From the human T2T-CHM13v2.0 reference genome, Homo sapiens, in the NCBI RefSeq assembly GCF_009914755.1, contig NC_060940.1: a stretch of 64,000 bases of DNA. One strand, 5' to 3'. The notes below the pieces were generated by a model. It worked only from the letters and a program-made list of their open reading frames with translations, was not told the DNA's origin and did not search any database. Position 1 is the stretch's first letter. Every line of letters starts with the position of its first letter. This document shows positions 43,401 to 58,395 of the stretch, piece by piece. The position numbers were made by a program, and so were the translations under genes.

Positions 43401-46400
43401 CATCTGATTCTATTAGAGGATTCCATTTGATTCCATTCGATGATGATTCCATTCGAGTCCGTTCGATGATTTCATTCGAGTACATCCAATGATTCCATTC
43501 GAGTCCATTAGATGATTCCATTTGATTCCATTTGATAATGATTCTACTAGAGTCCATTCAATGACTCCATTGGAGTCCATTCAACAATTCCATTCGACTC
43601 CATTTGATGATTCCATTGGATTCCATTTGATGATTCCATTCGAGTCCATTTAATCATTACAGTCGAGTCCATTTGGTGATTCCACCGGATTTCTTTTGAT
43701 AATGATACCATTCAATTACATTTGATGATGATCCCATTCAATTTCATTTGATGATGATTCCATTAGAGTCCATTCGATGATTTCATTCGAGTCCCTTCAT
43801 TGATTCCATCCGATTTCATTGGATGATGACTCCATTCGAGTCCATTCGATGATTCCACTCGATTCCATTAGATGATTCCATTGGAGTCCATTTGATTGTT
43901 CCATTCGATTCCATTCGATTCCTTTCGAAGATTATTCCATTTGAGTCCATTCGATGATGATTCCATTCCATTCCATTCGATGATTCCGTTTGATTCCATT
44001 CGATGATTCCCTTCGATTCCTTTCTTTGATGATTCCATTCCATTCCATTCAATGATTCCATTCGAATCTATTCCATGATGATTCCTTTCGATTCCATTCG
44101 CTGATGTTTCCGTTCAATTCCATTCGATGATGATTCCATTCGATTCCATTCATTGAGGATTCCATTTGATTCCATTCAATGATGATTCCGTTCTATTCCA
44201 TTCAATGATTGCATTCAATTCCATTCAGTGATTATCCCCTTAGAGTAAACTCAACGATTCCATTCAATACCATTCGATGATGATTCCTTTTGAGTCCATT
44301 CAATGATTTCATTCAAGTCCATTTGATGATTCCTTTCAATTCCATTCTATGATGATTCCATTCGAGTCCATTCGATGATTCCATTCGATTGCATTCGATG
44401 ATTCCATTATATTCCAGTCAACGATGATTCCATTCGAGTCCATTCGATGATTCCATTAGAGTACATTTAATGATTGCTTTGTTTTCAATTCGAAGATGAT
44501 TACATTGGATTCCATTCTATGATACCATTCGATTCCATTCAATGATGATTCCACTCAAATCCATTGGATGATTCCATTCGTGTCCATTCGGTGATTTCAT
44601 TAGATTCCATTCGAGGATGATTCCATTCGATTCCATTCGATGATTCCATTCAATTCCATTCGAGGATGATTCCATTCCAGTCCATATGATCATTCCATTT
44701 GATTTCATTCGATGATGATTCCATTCGATTCCATTCGATGATTCCATTCTATTCCATTCGATGATGATTCCATTCGAGTCCATTCGATGATTCCATTCGA
44801 GTCCATTTAATGATTCCATTGGGTTCAATTCAATGATGATTACATTGGATTCCGTTCTATGATTCCATTCAATTCCGTTCATTGACAATTTGATTCCATT
44901 CGATGATGATTCCATTTGAGTTCATTCGATGATTCTATTCGATTCTCTTCGATGGTGATTCAATTCTATTATATTGGATGATTCCATTCGATTCCATTTG
45001 ATGTTGATTCAATTCGATTCTATTCGATGATGATTCCATTGGATTTCACTTGATGATTCTATTCGATTCCATTCAATGATGATTCACTTCTCGTCCATTG
45101 GATGATTCCATTTCATTCCATTCGATGATGATTCCATTCGATTCCATTCGATGATTCCATTTGATTCCATGCGACGGTGAGCAATTCGATTCAATTCCAT
45201 GATGATTCTATTTGATTCAATTAGATGATGTTTCCATTCGAATCCATTCCATGATTATTCCATTGGAATCCATTCGGCGATGATTCCATATGAGTCAATT
45301 CAATGATGATTCCATATGGGTCCGTTCGATGATAATTCCATTTGATTTCATTCGGTGCTTCTATTCAATTCCAGTCGATGATGATTCCGTTGGAGTCCAT
45401 ACGATGATTCCATTTGATTTCATTTGATGATGATTCCATTCGATGATGATTACATTGGATTCCATTCTATGATTCCATTCAATTCCATTCGTTAATGATT
45501 CGATTCCATTCAATGATGATTCCATTTGGGTTCATTCGATGATTCTATTCGATTCCGTTCGGTGGTGATTCAATTCTCTTATATTGGATGATTCCACTCG
45601 ATTCCATTTGATGATTATTCCATTGGAGTCCACTTAGTGAATCCTTCAGATTCTTCTCGAAGATGATTCCATTCAAGTCCATTCAATCATACCATTCAAT
45701 TTCATTCGTTGATGCTTCCATTCAAGTGCATTCGATGATATCATTCGATTCCATTTGATGATAATTCCATTTGATTCCATGCGATGATTCTATTCGATTC
45801 CATTCAATGATAATTCCATTCAGTTCAGTGATTCCTCTGAACTCCATTTGATGATGATTCCATTCAATGATTCCATTCGATTCTATTCCAAAATGATTCC
45901 ATTTGAATCCATTTGATGATGATTCCATTAGATTCCATTTGATGATTCCATTCGATTCCATGCGACGATGATTCCATTCGATTCCATGTGATGATTCCAT
46001 TCTATTCTATTCGATGATGATTCCATTCGATTCCATTCGATGATGATTGGATTCGATTCCATTTGATGATTTCATTTGATTCCATTCGTTAATGATTTCG
46101 ATCAATTCCATTCGATGATTCCATTCGATTCCATTCGATAATGATTACATCCGTGTCCATTCCATGATTCCATTTGAGCCTGTTCGATAATTCCATTTGA
46201 GTCCAACCAATGATTCCATTCATTTCCATTCAATGATTCCATTCGAGTCCATTTGATCATTCCGGTAGGGTCCATTCGATGTTGATTCCATTGGAGTGCA
46301 TTCGATGATTCCATTCGAGTCCATTTTATGATTTGATTCGAGTCCTTTCTATGATTCCATTCGATTCCACTCGATGATGATTTCATTCGAGTCCATTCGA

Positions 46401-46523
46401 CACTTCCAATCGATTCCATTTGATGTTTCCATTCGAGTCCAATTGATGATTCCATTCAATTCCATTCGATGATGATTCCGTACGATTCCATTCTGTGATG
46501 ATTCCATGTGATTGCATTCAATG
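40412..46523 (+). repeat. Unit 7, full-length 6,112 bp (haplotype B)
   Basis: ORF 40540 to 46652 is 6112; constant offset of 40411 versus unit 1. Confidence 0.92.
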
Positions 46524-49500
46524 ATGATTCCTTTAGATTGCATTCGATTGTGATTCATTTCGTCTTCATTCTATGGTTCCACAGGTTTCCATTCGTGTCC
46601 ATTCCATTATTCCATTCTATTCCATTTGATGATGATTCCATTCGATTCCATTCATTGGTGATTCCACTCAATTCCATTCAATGATTCCATTCCATTTCTT
46701 TCAACAATGATTCCATTAGTTTCTAATCGATGATCCACTTGATTCCATTTGACGACGATTCCATTCTTGTCCATTCGATGATTCCATTTGATTCCATATG
46801 ATGATGATTCCATTCGATTCCATACGATGATGATTCCATTCGAGTCCATTCAATGGTGATTCCATTCAATTCCATTCGATGATTCCTTTTGATTCCATTC
46901 GATGATGATGGCATTCGATTCCTTTCAATCATTCCCTTTGATTCCATTCAAAGGTGATTTCATTGAAGTCCATTCGATAATTGCATTCGATTCCATTCTA
47001 TGATGATTCCATTCGAGTCCATTTGATGATTCCATTCAATTCAAGTCAATGATGATTCCATTCGATTCCATTCGATGATTCCATTGGATTCCATTCGATG
47101 ATGATTCCATTCAAATCCATTCGATAATTCAATTCAAGTCCATTCGATGATGATTAAAATCGAATCCATTCAAAGATTCCATTCAGTTCCATTCGATGAT
47201 TCCCTTAGATTCCATTCGATGATTCCACTTGATTTCATTTACGATGATTCCATTCGATTCCATGTGATGATTCCATTCAATTCTATTCAATGCTGTTTCC
47301 ATTTGATTCCATTCGACCATGATTGCCTTTGATTCCATTCAACGACTCCATTCGGTTCCTTTTGATGATGATTCCGTTCGATTCCATTTCATTATTCCAT
47401 TTGATTCCATTGGATGAGTCCATTCGATTACATTCGATGATTATTCCATTCGAGTGCATTAGATGATTCCATTCGAGTCCATTCGATGATTCCATTCGAT
47501 TCCATTCGATGTTGATTCTGTTCAAATCCATTCGATGATTCCACTCGATTCCATTCGATGACTCCAGTTGATCCCATTCGATGATTTCCTTTGATTCCCT
47601 TTGATGATCATTCCATTTGATTCAATTCGGTGATTTCATTTCATTCCATTCAGTGATGTTTCCATTCGACTCCATTCGATGATGATTCCATTTGACTCCA
47701 TTCGATTATGATTTCATTCAATTCCATTCGATAATGATTCCCTTCGAGTCCATTCGATGATTCCATTCGATTCCATTCAACGATGATTTGATTCGTGTCC
47801 ATTCGATGATTCCATTTGATTCCACTTGATGATGATTCCATTCGAGTCCATTTGATGATTCCATTCAATTCCATTCTCCGATGATTTCTTTTGAGCCCAT
47901 TCAATGCTTCCACTCGATTCCATATGATGATGACTCCATTCGATGAAATTCGATGATGATTCCACTTGAGTCCATTAGAGGATTCTATTCAATTACATTC
48001 CATGACGATTCCGTTCGAGTCCATTTGATGATTCCATTAGACTCCATTCGACGATGATTCCATTCGATGTTATTCGATGATTCCATTCGATCTCATTCGA
48101 TGATGATTCCATTCAACTCCATTCGATGTTTCCATTCGAGTTCATTCTATTATTCCATTAGATTCCATTCGATGATGATTCCATTCGATTCCATTTGATG
48201 ATTGCATTCTATTTCATTTGATGATGATTCCATTCGAGTCCACTCGATGATTCCATTCGAATCCATTTAATGAATCCATTGGTTTCAATTCTATGATGAT
48301 TACATTGGATTACATTCGTTGATGATTTCATTCGGTTCCATTCAATGATGATTCCATTCAATTCCTTTCAATGTTTCCATTCAATTCCATACGATGATGA
48401 TTCCATTTGATTTGATTCGACAGTGAGCCATTCGATTCAATTCCATGATGATTCTATTTGATTCCATTGGTTGACATTTCCATTCGATTCCATTCGATGA
48501 TGATTCCCTTTGATTCCATTCAAAGATGATTCCATTCTAGCCCATTCAATCATTCCATTCGATTCTATTCAATGATGATTCCATTCATGTCGATTTGGTG
48601 ATTGCATTTGACTTCATTTGATGATGATTCCTTTCAAGTTCATTAGATGATTCCATTCGATTCCATTTGATGATGATCCCATTCGAGTCCATTCAGTGAT
48701 TCCACTCGTTTCCATTCCATGATGATTCCATTCCATTCCATTCAATGATTCCATTCGATTCCGTTTGATGATGATTTCATTCGAGTCCATTTGATGATTC
48801 CATTTGATTCCATTCGATGATGATTCCATTCGAGTCCATTCGATGATTCTATTCGAATCCATTTGATGATTTCTTTTGATTATATTTGGTGATGATTCCA
48901 TTGGAGTCCATTCAATGATTCCATTTGATTCCAATCGATGGTGATTCCATTAGAGTCCATTTAATGATTCCATTTGATTCCAGTCTCTGATGATTACATT
49001 CCAGTCCATACGATGATTCCACTCAATTCCATATGATGATGATTCCATTCGATTCCATTCAATGATTCCATTTGATTCCAGTGGATGATGATTGCCATCG
49101 ATTTCATTCGATCACTCCATTCTATTCCATTTGATGATGATTACATTCGATTCCATTTGACGATTCCATCTGATTCTATTCGAGGATTCCATTTGATTCC
49201 ATTCGATGATGATTCCATTCGAGTCCATTCGATGATTTCATTCGAGTACATCCAATGATTCCATTCGAGTCCATTTGATGATTCCATTTGATTCCATTTG
49301 ATAATGATTCTACTAGAGTCCATTCAATGACTCCATTGGAGTCCATTCAACAATTCCATTCGACTCCATTTGATGATTCCATTCAATTCCATTTGATGAT
49401 TCCATTCGAGTCCATTTAATCATTACAGTCGAGTCCATTTGGTGATTCCACCGGATTTCTTTTGATAATGATACCATTCAATTATATTTGATGATGATCC

Positions 49501-52289
49501 CATTCAATTTCATTTGATGATGATTCCATTAGAGTCCATTCGATGATTTCATTCGAGTCCCTTCACTGATTCCATCCGATTTCATTGGATGATGACTCCA
49601 TTCGAGTCCATTCGATGATTCCACTCGATTCCATTAGATGATTCCATTGGAGTCCATTTGATTGTTCCATTCGATTCCATTCGATTCCTTTCGAAGATTA
49701 TTCCATTTGAGTCCATTCGATGATGATTCCATTCCATTCCATTCGATGATTCCGTTTGATTCCATTCGATGATTCCCTTCGATTCCTTTCTTTGATGATT
49801 CCATTCCATTCCATTCAATGATTCCATTCGAATCTATTCCATGATGATTCCTTTCGATTCCATTCGCTGATGTTTCCGTTCAATTCCATTCGATGATGAT
49901 TCCATTCGATTCCATTCATTGAGGATTCCATTTGATTCCATTCAATGATGATTCCGTTCTATTCCATTCAATGATTGCATTCAATTCCATTCAATGATTA
50001 TCCCCTTAGAGTAAACTCAACGATTCCATTCAATACCATTCGATGATGATTCCTTTTGAGTCCATTCAATGATTTCATTCAAGTCCATTTGATGATTCCT
50101 TTCAATTCCATTCCATGATGATTCCATTCGAGTCCATTCGATGATTCCATTCGATTGCATTCGATGATTCCATTATATTCCAGTCAATGATGATTCCATT
50201 CGAGTCCATTCGATGATTCCATTAGAGTACATTTAATGATTGCTTTGTTTTCAATTCGAAGATGATTACATTGGATTCCATTCTATGATACCATTCGATT
50301 CCATTCAATGATGATTCCACTCAAATCCATTGGATGATTCCATTCGTGTCCATTCGGTGATTTCTTTAGATTCCATTCGAGGATGATTCCATTCGATTCC
50401 ATTCGATGATTCCATTCAATTCCATTCGATGAAGATTCCATTCCAGTCCATATGATCATTCCATTTGATTTCATTCGATGATGATTCCATTCGATTCCAT
50501 TCGATGATTCCATTCTATTCCATTCGATGATGATTCCATTTTAGTCCATTCGATGATTGCATTCGAGTCCATTTAATGATTCCATTGGGTTCAATTCAAT
50601 GATGATTACATTGGATTCCGTTCTATGATTCCATTCAATTCCGTTCATTGACAATTTGATTCCATTCGATGATGATTCCGTTTGAGTTCATTCGATGATT
50701 CTATTCGATTCTCTTCGATGGTGATTCAATTCTATTATATTGGATGATTCCATTCGATTCCATTTGATGTTGATTCAATTCGATTCTATTCGATGATGAT
50801 TCCATTGGATTTCACTTGATGATTCTATTCGATTCCATTCAATGATGATTCACTTCTCGTCCATTGGATGATTCCATTTCATTCCATTCGATGATGATTC
50901 CATTCGATTCCATTCGATGATTCCATTTGATTCCATGCGACGGTGAGCAACTCGATTCAATTCCATGATGATTCTATTAGATTCAATTAGATGATGTTTC
51001 CATTCGAATCCATTCCATGATTATTCCATTGGATTCCTTTTGGCGATGATTCCATATGAGTCAATTCAATGATGATTCCATATGGGTCCGTTCGATGATA
51101 ATTCCATTTGATTTCATTCGATGCTTCTATTCAATTCCAGTCGATGATGATTGCGTTGGAGTCCATACGATGATTCCATTTGATTTCATTTGATGATGAT
51201 TCCATTCGATGATGATTACATTGGATTCCATTCTATGATTCCATTCAATTCCATTCGTTGATGACTCGATTCCATTCAATGATGATTCCATTTGAGTTCA
51301 TTCGATGATTCTATTCGATTCCGTTCGATGGTGATTCAATTCTCTTATATTGGATGATTCCACTCGATTCCATTTGATGATTATTCCATTGGAGTCCACT
51401 TAGTGAATCCTTTAGATTCTACTCGAAGATGATTCCATTCGAGTCCATTCAATGATACCATTCAATTTCATTCGTTGATGCTTCCATTCAAGTGCATTCG
51501 ATGATATCATTCGATTCCATTTGATGATAATTCCATTTGATTCCATGCGATGATTCTATTCGATTCCATTCAATGATAATTCCATTCAATTCAGTGATTC
51601 CTCTGAACTCCATTTGATGATGATTCCATTCAATGATTCCATTCGATTCTATTCCAAAATGATTCCATTTGAATCCATTTGATGATGATTCCATTAGATT
51701 CCATTTGATGATTCCATTCGATTCCATTTGACGATGATTCCATTCGATTCCATTTGATGATTCCATTCTATTCTATTCGATGATGATTCCATTCGATTCC
51801 ATTTGATGATGATTGGATTCGATTCCATTTGATGACTTCATTTGATTCCATTCGTTAATGATTTCGATCAACTCCATTCGATGATTCCATTTGATTCCAT
51901 TCGATAATGATTACATCCGAGTCCATTCGATGATTCCATTTGAGCCCGTTCGATAATTCCATTTGAGTCCAATCAATGATTCCATTCATTTCCATTCAAT
52001 GATTCCATTCGAGTCCATTTGATCATTCTGGTAGGGTCCGTTCGATGTTGATTCCATTGGAGTGCATTCGATGATTCCATTCGAGTCCATTTTATGATTT
52101 GATTCGAGTCCTTTCGATGATTCCATTCGATTCCACTCGATGATGATTTCATTCGAGTCCATTCGACACTTCCAATCGATTCCATTTGATGATTCCATTC
52201 GAGTCCAATTGATGATTCCATTCAATTCCATTCGATGATGATTCCGTACGATTCCATTCTGTGATGATTCCATGTGATTGCATTCAATG
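46524..52289 (+). repeat. Unit 8, 5,766 bp (26-bp and 320-bp deletions)
   Basis: Offsets versus unit 1 step 46523, 46497, 46177. The 82-aa 'MESMAIII' pseudo-ORF segment is missing, with the junction at ~49040-49060. Confidence 0.92.
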
Positions 52290-55200
52290 ATGATTCCTTT
52301 CGATTGCATTCGATTATGATTCATTTCGTGTTCATTCTATGGTTCCACAGGTTTCCATTCGTGTCCATTCCATTATTCCATTCTATTCCATTTGATGATG
52401 ATTCCATTCGATTCCATTCATTGGTGATTCCACTCAATTCCATTCAATGATTCCATTCCATTTCTTTCAACAATGATTCCATTAGTTTCTAATCGATGAT
52501 CCACTTGATTCCATTTGACGACGATTCCATTCTTGTCCATTCGATGATTCCATTTGATTGCATATGATGATGATTCCATTCGATTCCATACGATGATGAT
52601 TCCATTCGAGTCCATTCAATGGTGATTCCATTCAATTCTATTCGATGATTCCTTTTGATTCCATTCGATGATGATGGCATTCGATTCCTTTCAATCATTC
52701 CCTTTGATTCCATTCAAAGGTGATTTCATTCAAGTCCATTCGATAATTGCATTCGATTCCATTCTATGATGATTCCATTCGAGTCCATTTGATGATTCCA
52801 TTCAATTCAAGTCAATGATGATTCCATTCGATTCCATTCGATGATTCCATTGGATTCCATTCGATGATGATTCCATTCAAATCCATTCGATAATTCAATT
52901 CAAGTCCATTCGATGATGATTAAAATCGAATCCATTCAAAGATTCCATTCAGTTCCATTCGATGATTCCCTTAGATTCCATTCGATGATTCCACTTGATT
53001 CCATTTACGATGATTCCATTCGATTCCATGTGATGATTCCATTCAATTCTATTCAATGCTGTTTCCATTTGATTCCATTCGACCATGATTGCCTTTGATT
53101 CCATTCAATGACTCCATTCGGTTCCTTTTGATGATGATTCCGTTCGATTCCATTTCATTATTCCATTTGATTCCATTGGATGAGTCCATTCGATTACATT
53201 CGATGATTATTCCATTCGAGTGCATTAGATGATTCCATTCGAGTCCATTCGATGATTCCATTCGATTCCATTCGATGTTGATTCTGTTCAAATCCATTCG
53301 ATGATTCCACTCGATTCCATTCGATGACTGCATTTGATCCCATTCGATGATTTCCTTTGATTCCCTTTGATGATCATTCCATTTGATTCAATTCGGTGAT
53401 TTCATTGGATTCCATTCAGTGATGTTTCCATTCGACTCCATTCGATGATGATTCCATTCGACTCCATTCGATTATGATTTCATTCAATTCCATTCGATAA
53501 TGATTCCCTTCGATTCCATTCGATGATTCCATTCGATTCCATTCAACGATGATTTGATTCGTGTCCATTCGATGATTCCATTTGATTCCACTTGATGATG
53601 ATTCCATTCGAGTCCATTTGATGATTCCATTCAATTCCATTCTCCGATGATTTCTTTTGAGCCCATTCAATGTTTCCACTCGATTACATATGATGATGAC
53701 TCCATTCGATGAAATTCGATGATGATTCCATTCGCTTGCTTTTGATGATGATTCCACTTGAGTCCGTTAGAAGATTCTATTCAATTACATTCCATGACGA
53801 TTCCGTTCGAGTCCATTTGATGATTCCATTAGACTCCATTCGACGATGATTCCATTCGATGTTATTCGATGATTCTATTAGATCTCATTCGATGATGATT
53901 CCATTCAACTCCATTCGATGTTTCCATTCGAGTTCATTCTATTATTCCATTAGATTCCATTCGATGATGATTCCATTCGCTTCCATTTGATGATTGCATT
54001 CTATTTCAATAGATGATGATTCCATCCGAGTCCACTCAATGATTCCATTCGAGTCCATTTAATGAATCCATTGGTTTCAATTCTATGATGATTACATTGG
54101 ATTCCATTCGTTGATGATTTCATTCGGTTCCATTCAATGATGATTCCATTCAATTCCTTTCAATGTTTCCATTCAATTCCATACGATGATGATTCCATTT
54201 GATTTGATTCGACAGTGAGCCATTCGATTCAATTCCATGATGATTCTATTTTATTCCATTGGTTGACATTTCCATTCGATTCCATTCGATGATGATTCCC
54301 TTTGATTCCATTCAAAGATGATTCCATTCTAGCCCATTCAATCATTCCATTCGATTCTATTCAATGATGATTCCATTCATGTCGATTTGGTGATTCCATT
54401 TGACTTCATTTGATGATGATTCCTTTCAAGTTCATTAGATGATTCCATTCGATTCCATTTGATGATGATCTCATTCGTGTCCATTCAGTGATTCCATTCG
54501 TTTCCATTCCATGATGATTCCATTCCATTCCATGCAATGATTCCATTCGATTCCGTTTGATGATGATTTCATTCGAGTCCATTTGATGATTCCATTTGAT
54601 TCCATTCGATGATGATTCCATTCGAGTCCATTCGATGATTCTATTCGAATCCATTTGATGATTTCTTTTGATTATATTTGGTGATGATTACATTGGAGTC
54701 CATTCAATGATTCCATTCGATTCCAATCGATGGTGATTCCATTAGAGTCCATTTAATGATTCCATTTGATTCCAGTCTCTGATGATTACGTTCGAGTCCA
54801 TACGATGATTCCACTCAATTCCATATGATGATGATTCCATTCGATTCCATTCGATGATTCCATTCTATTCTATTCAATTGTGATTCCGTTCGAGTACATT
54901 AGATGATTCCATTCGATTCCATTCAATGATGATTCTATTTGTGTCCCTTAGATGATTCCACATGATTCCATTAGATGATGATACTATTTGAGCCCATCCA
55001 ATGATTCCCTTCGATTCCATTCGATGAGGATTCCATTTGATTCAATTCATTGGTGATTCTATTCAATTCAATTCTTTGATTCCATTCCATTCCATTCGAA
55101 AATGATTCCATTCGATTTCTTCCGATGATTCCACTCGATTCCACTTGACATTGATTCCATTCGATTCCATTCTATGATTCCATTTGATTCCAGTGGATGA

Positions 55201-58200
55201 TGATTGCCATCGATTCCATTCGATCACTCCACTCTATTCCATTTGATGATGATTACATTCGATTCCATTTGATGATTCCATCTGATTCTATTCGAGGATT
55301 CCATTTGATTCCATTCGATGATGATTCCATTCGAGTCCATTTGAAGATTTCATTCGAGTACATCCAATGATTCCATTCGAGTCCATTTGATGATTCCATT
55401 TGATTCCATTGGATTATGATTCTACTAGAGTCCATTCAATGACTCCATTGGAGTCCATTCAACAATTCCATTCGACTCCATTCGATGATTCCATTCGATT
55501 GCATTTGAGGATTCCATTCGAGTCCATTTAATCATTACCGTCGAGTCCATTTGGTGATTCCACTGGATTTCTTTTGATAATGATACCATTCAATTACATA
55601 TGATGATGATCCCATTCAATTTCATTTGATGATGATTCCATTAGAGTCCATTCGATGATTTCATTCGAGTCCCTTCATTGATTCCATCCGATTTCATTGG
55701 ATGATGACTCCATTCGAGTCCCTTTTCCACTCGATTCCATTAGATGATTCCATTGGAGTCCATTTGATTGTTCCATTCGATTCCATTCGATTCCTTTCGA
55801 AGATTATTCCATTTGAGTCCATTCGATGATGATTCCATTCCATTCCATTCGATGATTCCGTTTGATTCCATTCGATGATTCCCTTCGATTCCTTTCTTTG
55901 ATGATTCCATTCCATTCCATTCAATGATTCCATTCGAATCTATTCCATGATGATTCCTTTCGATTCCATTCGCTCATGTTTCCGTTCAATTCCATTCGAT
56001 GATGATTCCATTCGATTCCATTCATTGAGGATTCCATTTGATTCCATTCAATGATGATTCCATTCTATTCCATTCAATGATTGCATTCAATTCCATTCAA
56101 TGATTATCCCATTAGAGTAAACTCAATGATTCCATTCAATACCATTCGATGATGATTCCTTTTGAGTCCATTCAATGATTTCATTCAAGTCCATTTGATG
56201 ATTCCTTTCAATTCCATTCTATGATGATTCCATTCGAGTCCACTCGATGATTCCATTCGATTGCATTCGATGATTCCATTATATTCCATTCAACGACGAT
56301 TCCATTCGAGTCCATTCGATGATTCCATTAGAGTACATTTAATGATTGCTTTGTTTTGAATTCGAAGATGATTACATTGGATTCCATTCTATGATACCAT
56401 TCGATTCCATTCAATGATGATTCCACTCAAATCCATTGGATGATTCCATTCGTGTCCATTCGGTGATTTCATTAAATTCCATTCGAGGATGATTCCATTC
56501 GATTCCATTCGATGATTCCATTCAATTCCATTCGATGATGATTCCATTCGAGTCCATATGATCATTCCATTTGATTTCATTCGATGATGATTCCATTCGA
56601 TTCCATTCGATGATTCCATTCTATTCCATTCGATGATGATTCCATTCGAGTCCATTCGATGATTCCATTCGAGTCCATTTAATGATTCCATTGGGTTGAA
56701 TTCAATGATGATTACATTGGATTCCGTTCTATGATTCCATTCAATTCCGTTCATTGACAATTTGATTCCATTCGATGATGATTCCATTTGAGTTCATTCG
56801 ATGATTCTATTCAATTCCCTTCGATGGTGATTCAATTCTATTATATTGGATGATTCCATTCGATTCCATTTGATGTTGATTCAATTCGATTCTATTCGAT
56901 GATGATTCCATTGGATTTCACTTGATGATTCTATTCGATTCCATTCAATGATGATTCACTTCTCGTCCATTGGATGATTCCATTTCATTCCATTCGATGA
57001 TGATTCCATTCGATTCCATTCAATGATTCCATTTGATTCCATTCGACGGTGAGCAATTTGATTCAATTCCATGATGATTCTGTTTGATTCAATTAGATGA
57101 TGTTTCCATTCGAATCCATTCCATGATTATTCCATTGGAATCCATTTGGCGATGATTCCATATGAGTCAATTCAATGATGATTCCATATGGGTCCGTTCG
57201 ATGATAATTCCATTTGATTTCATTCGATGCTTCTATTCTATTCCAGTCGATGATGATTCCGTTGGAGTCCATACGATGATTCCATTTGATTTCATTTGAT
57301 GATGATTCCATTCGATGATAATTACCTTGGATTCCATTCTATGATTCCATTCAATTCCATTCGTTGATGATTCGATTCCATTCAATGATGATTCCATTTG
57401 AGTTCATTCGATGATTCTATTCGATTCCGTTTGATGGTGATTCAATTCTATTATATTGGATGATTCCACTCGATTCCATTTGATGATTATTCCATTGGAG
57501 TCCACTTAGTGAATCCTTTAGATTCTACTGGAAGATGATTCCATTCGAGTCCATTCGATGATACCATTCAATTCCATTCGTTGATGCTTCCATTCAAGTG
57601 CATTCGATGATATCATTCGATTCCATTTGATGATAATTCCATTTGATTCCATGCGATGATTCTATTCGATTCCATTCAATGATAATTCCATTCAATTCAG
57701 TGATTCCTCTGGACTCCATTTGATGATGATTCCATTCAATGATTCCATTCGATTCTATTCGAAAATGATTCCATTCGATTCCATTCGACGATGATTCCAT
57801 TCGATTCCATTTGATGATTCCATTCGATTCCATTCGATGATGATTCCATTCGATTCCATTTGATGATTCCATTCTATTCTATTCGATGATGATTCCATTC
57901 GATTCCGTTTGATGATGATTGGATTCGATTCCATTGGATGATTTCATTTGATCCCATTCGTTAATGATTTCGATCAATACCATTCGATGATTCCATTTGA
58001 TTCCATTCGATAATGATTACATCCGAGTCCATTCGATGATTCCATTTGAGCCCGTTCGATAATTCCATTTGAGTCCAATCAATGATTCCATTTATTTCCA
58101 TTCAATGATTCCATTAGAGTCCATTTGATCATTCCGGTAGAGTCCATTCCATGTTGATTCCATTGGAGTGCATTCGATGATTCCATTCGAGTCCATTTTA

Positions 58201-58395
58201 TGATTTGATTCGAGTCCTTTCGATGATTCCATTCGATTCCACTCGATGATGATTTCATTCGAGTCCATTCGACACTTCCAATCGATTCCATTTGATGTTT
58301 CCATTCGAGTCCAATTGATGATTCCATTCAATTCCATTCGATGATGATTCCGTACGATTCCATTCTGTGATGATTCCATGTGATTGCATTCAATG
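52290..58395 (+). repeat. Unit 9, 6,106 bp (6-bp deletion; mosaic haplotype)
   Basis: ORF 52418 to 58524 is 6106; GAGTCCCTTTTCCACTC variant near 55720. Confidence 0.9.

Noticed and set aside
28920-53098. Three 61-aa plus-strand ORFs (28920, 47147, 52913)
   Set aside because: They arise from chance substitutions removing a TGA in related units. They are useful as lineage markers only and show no coding features.
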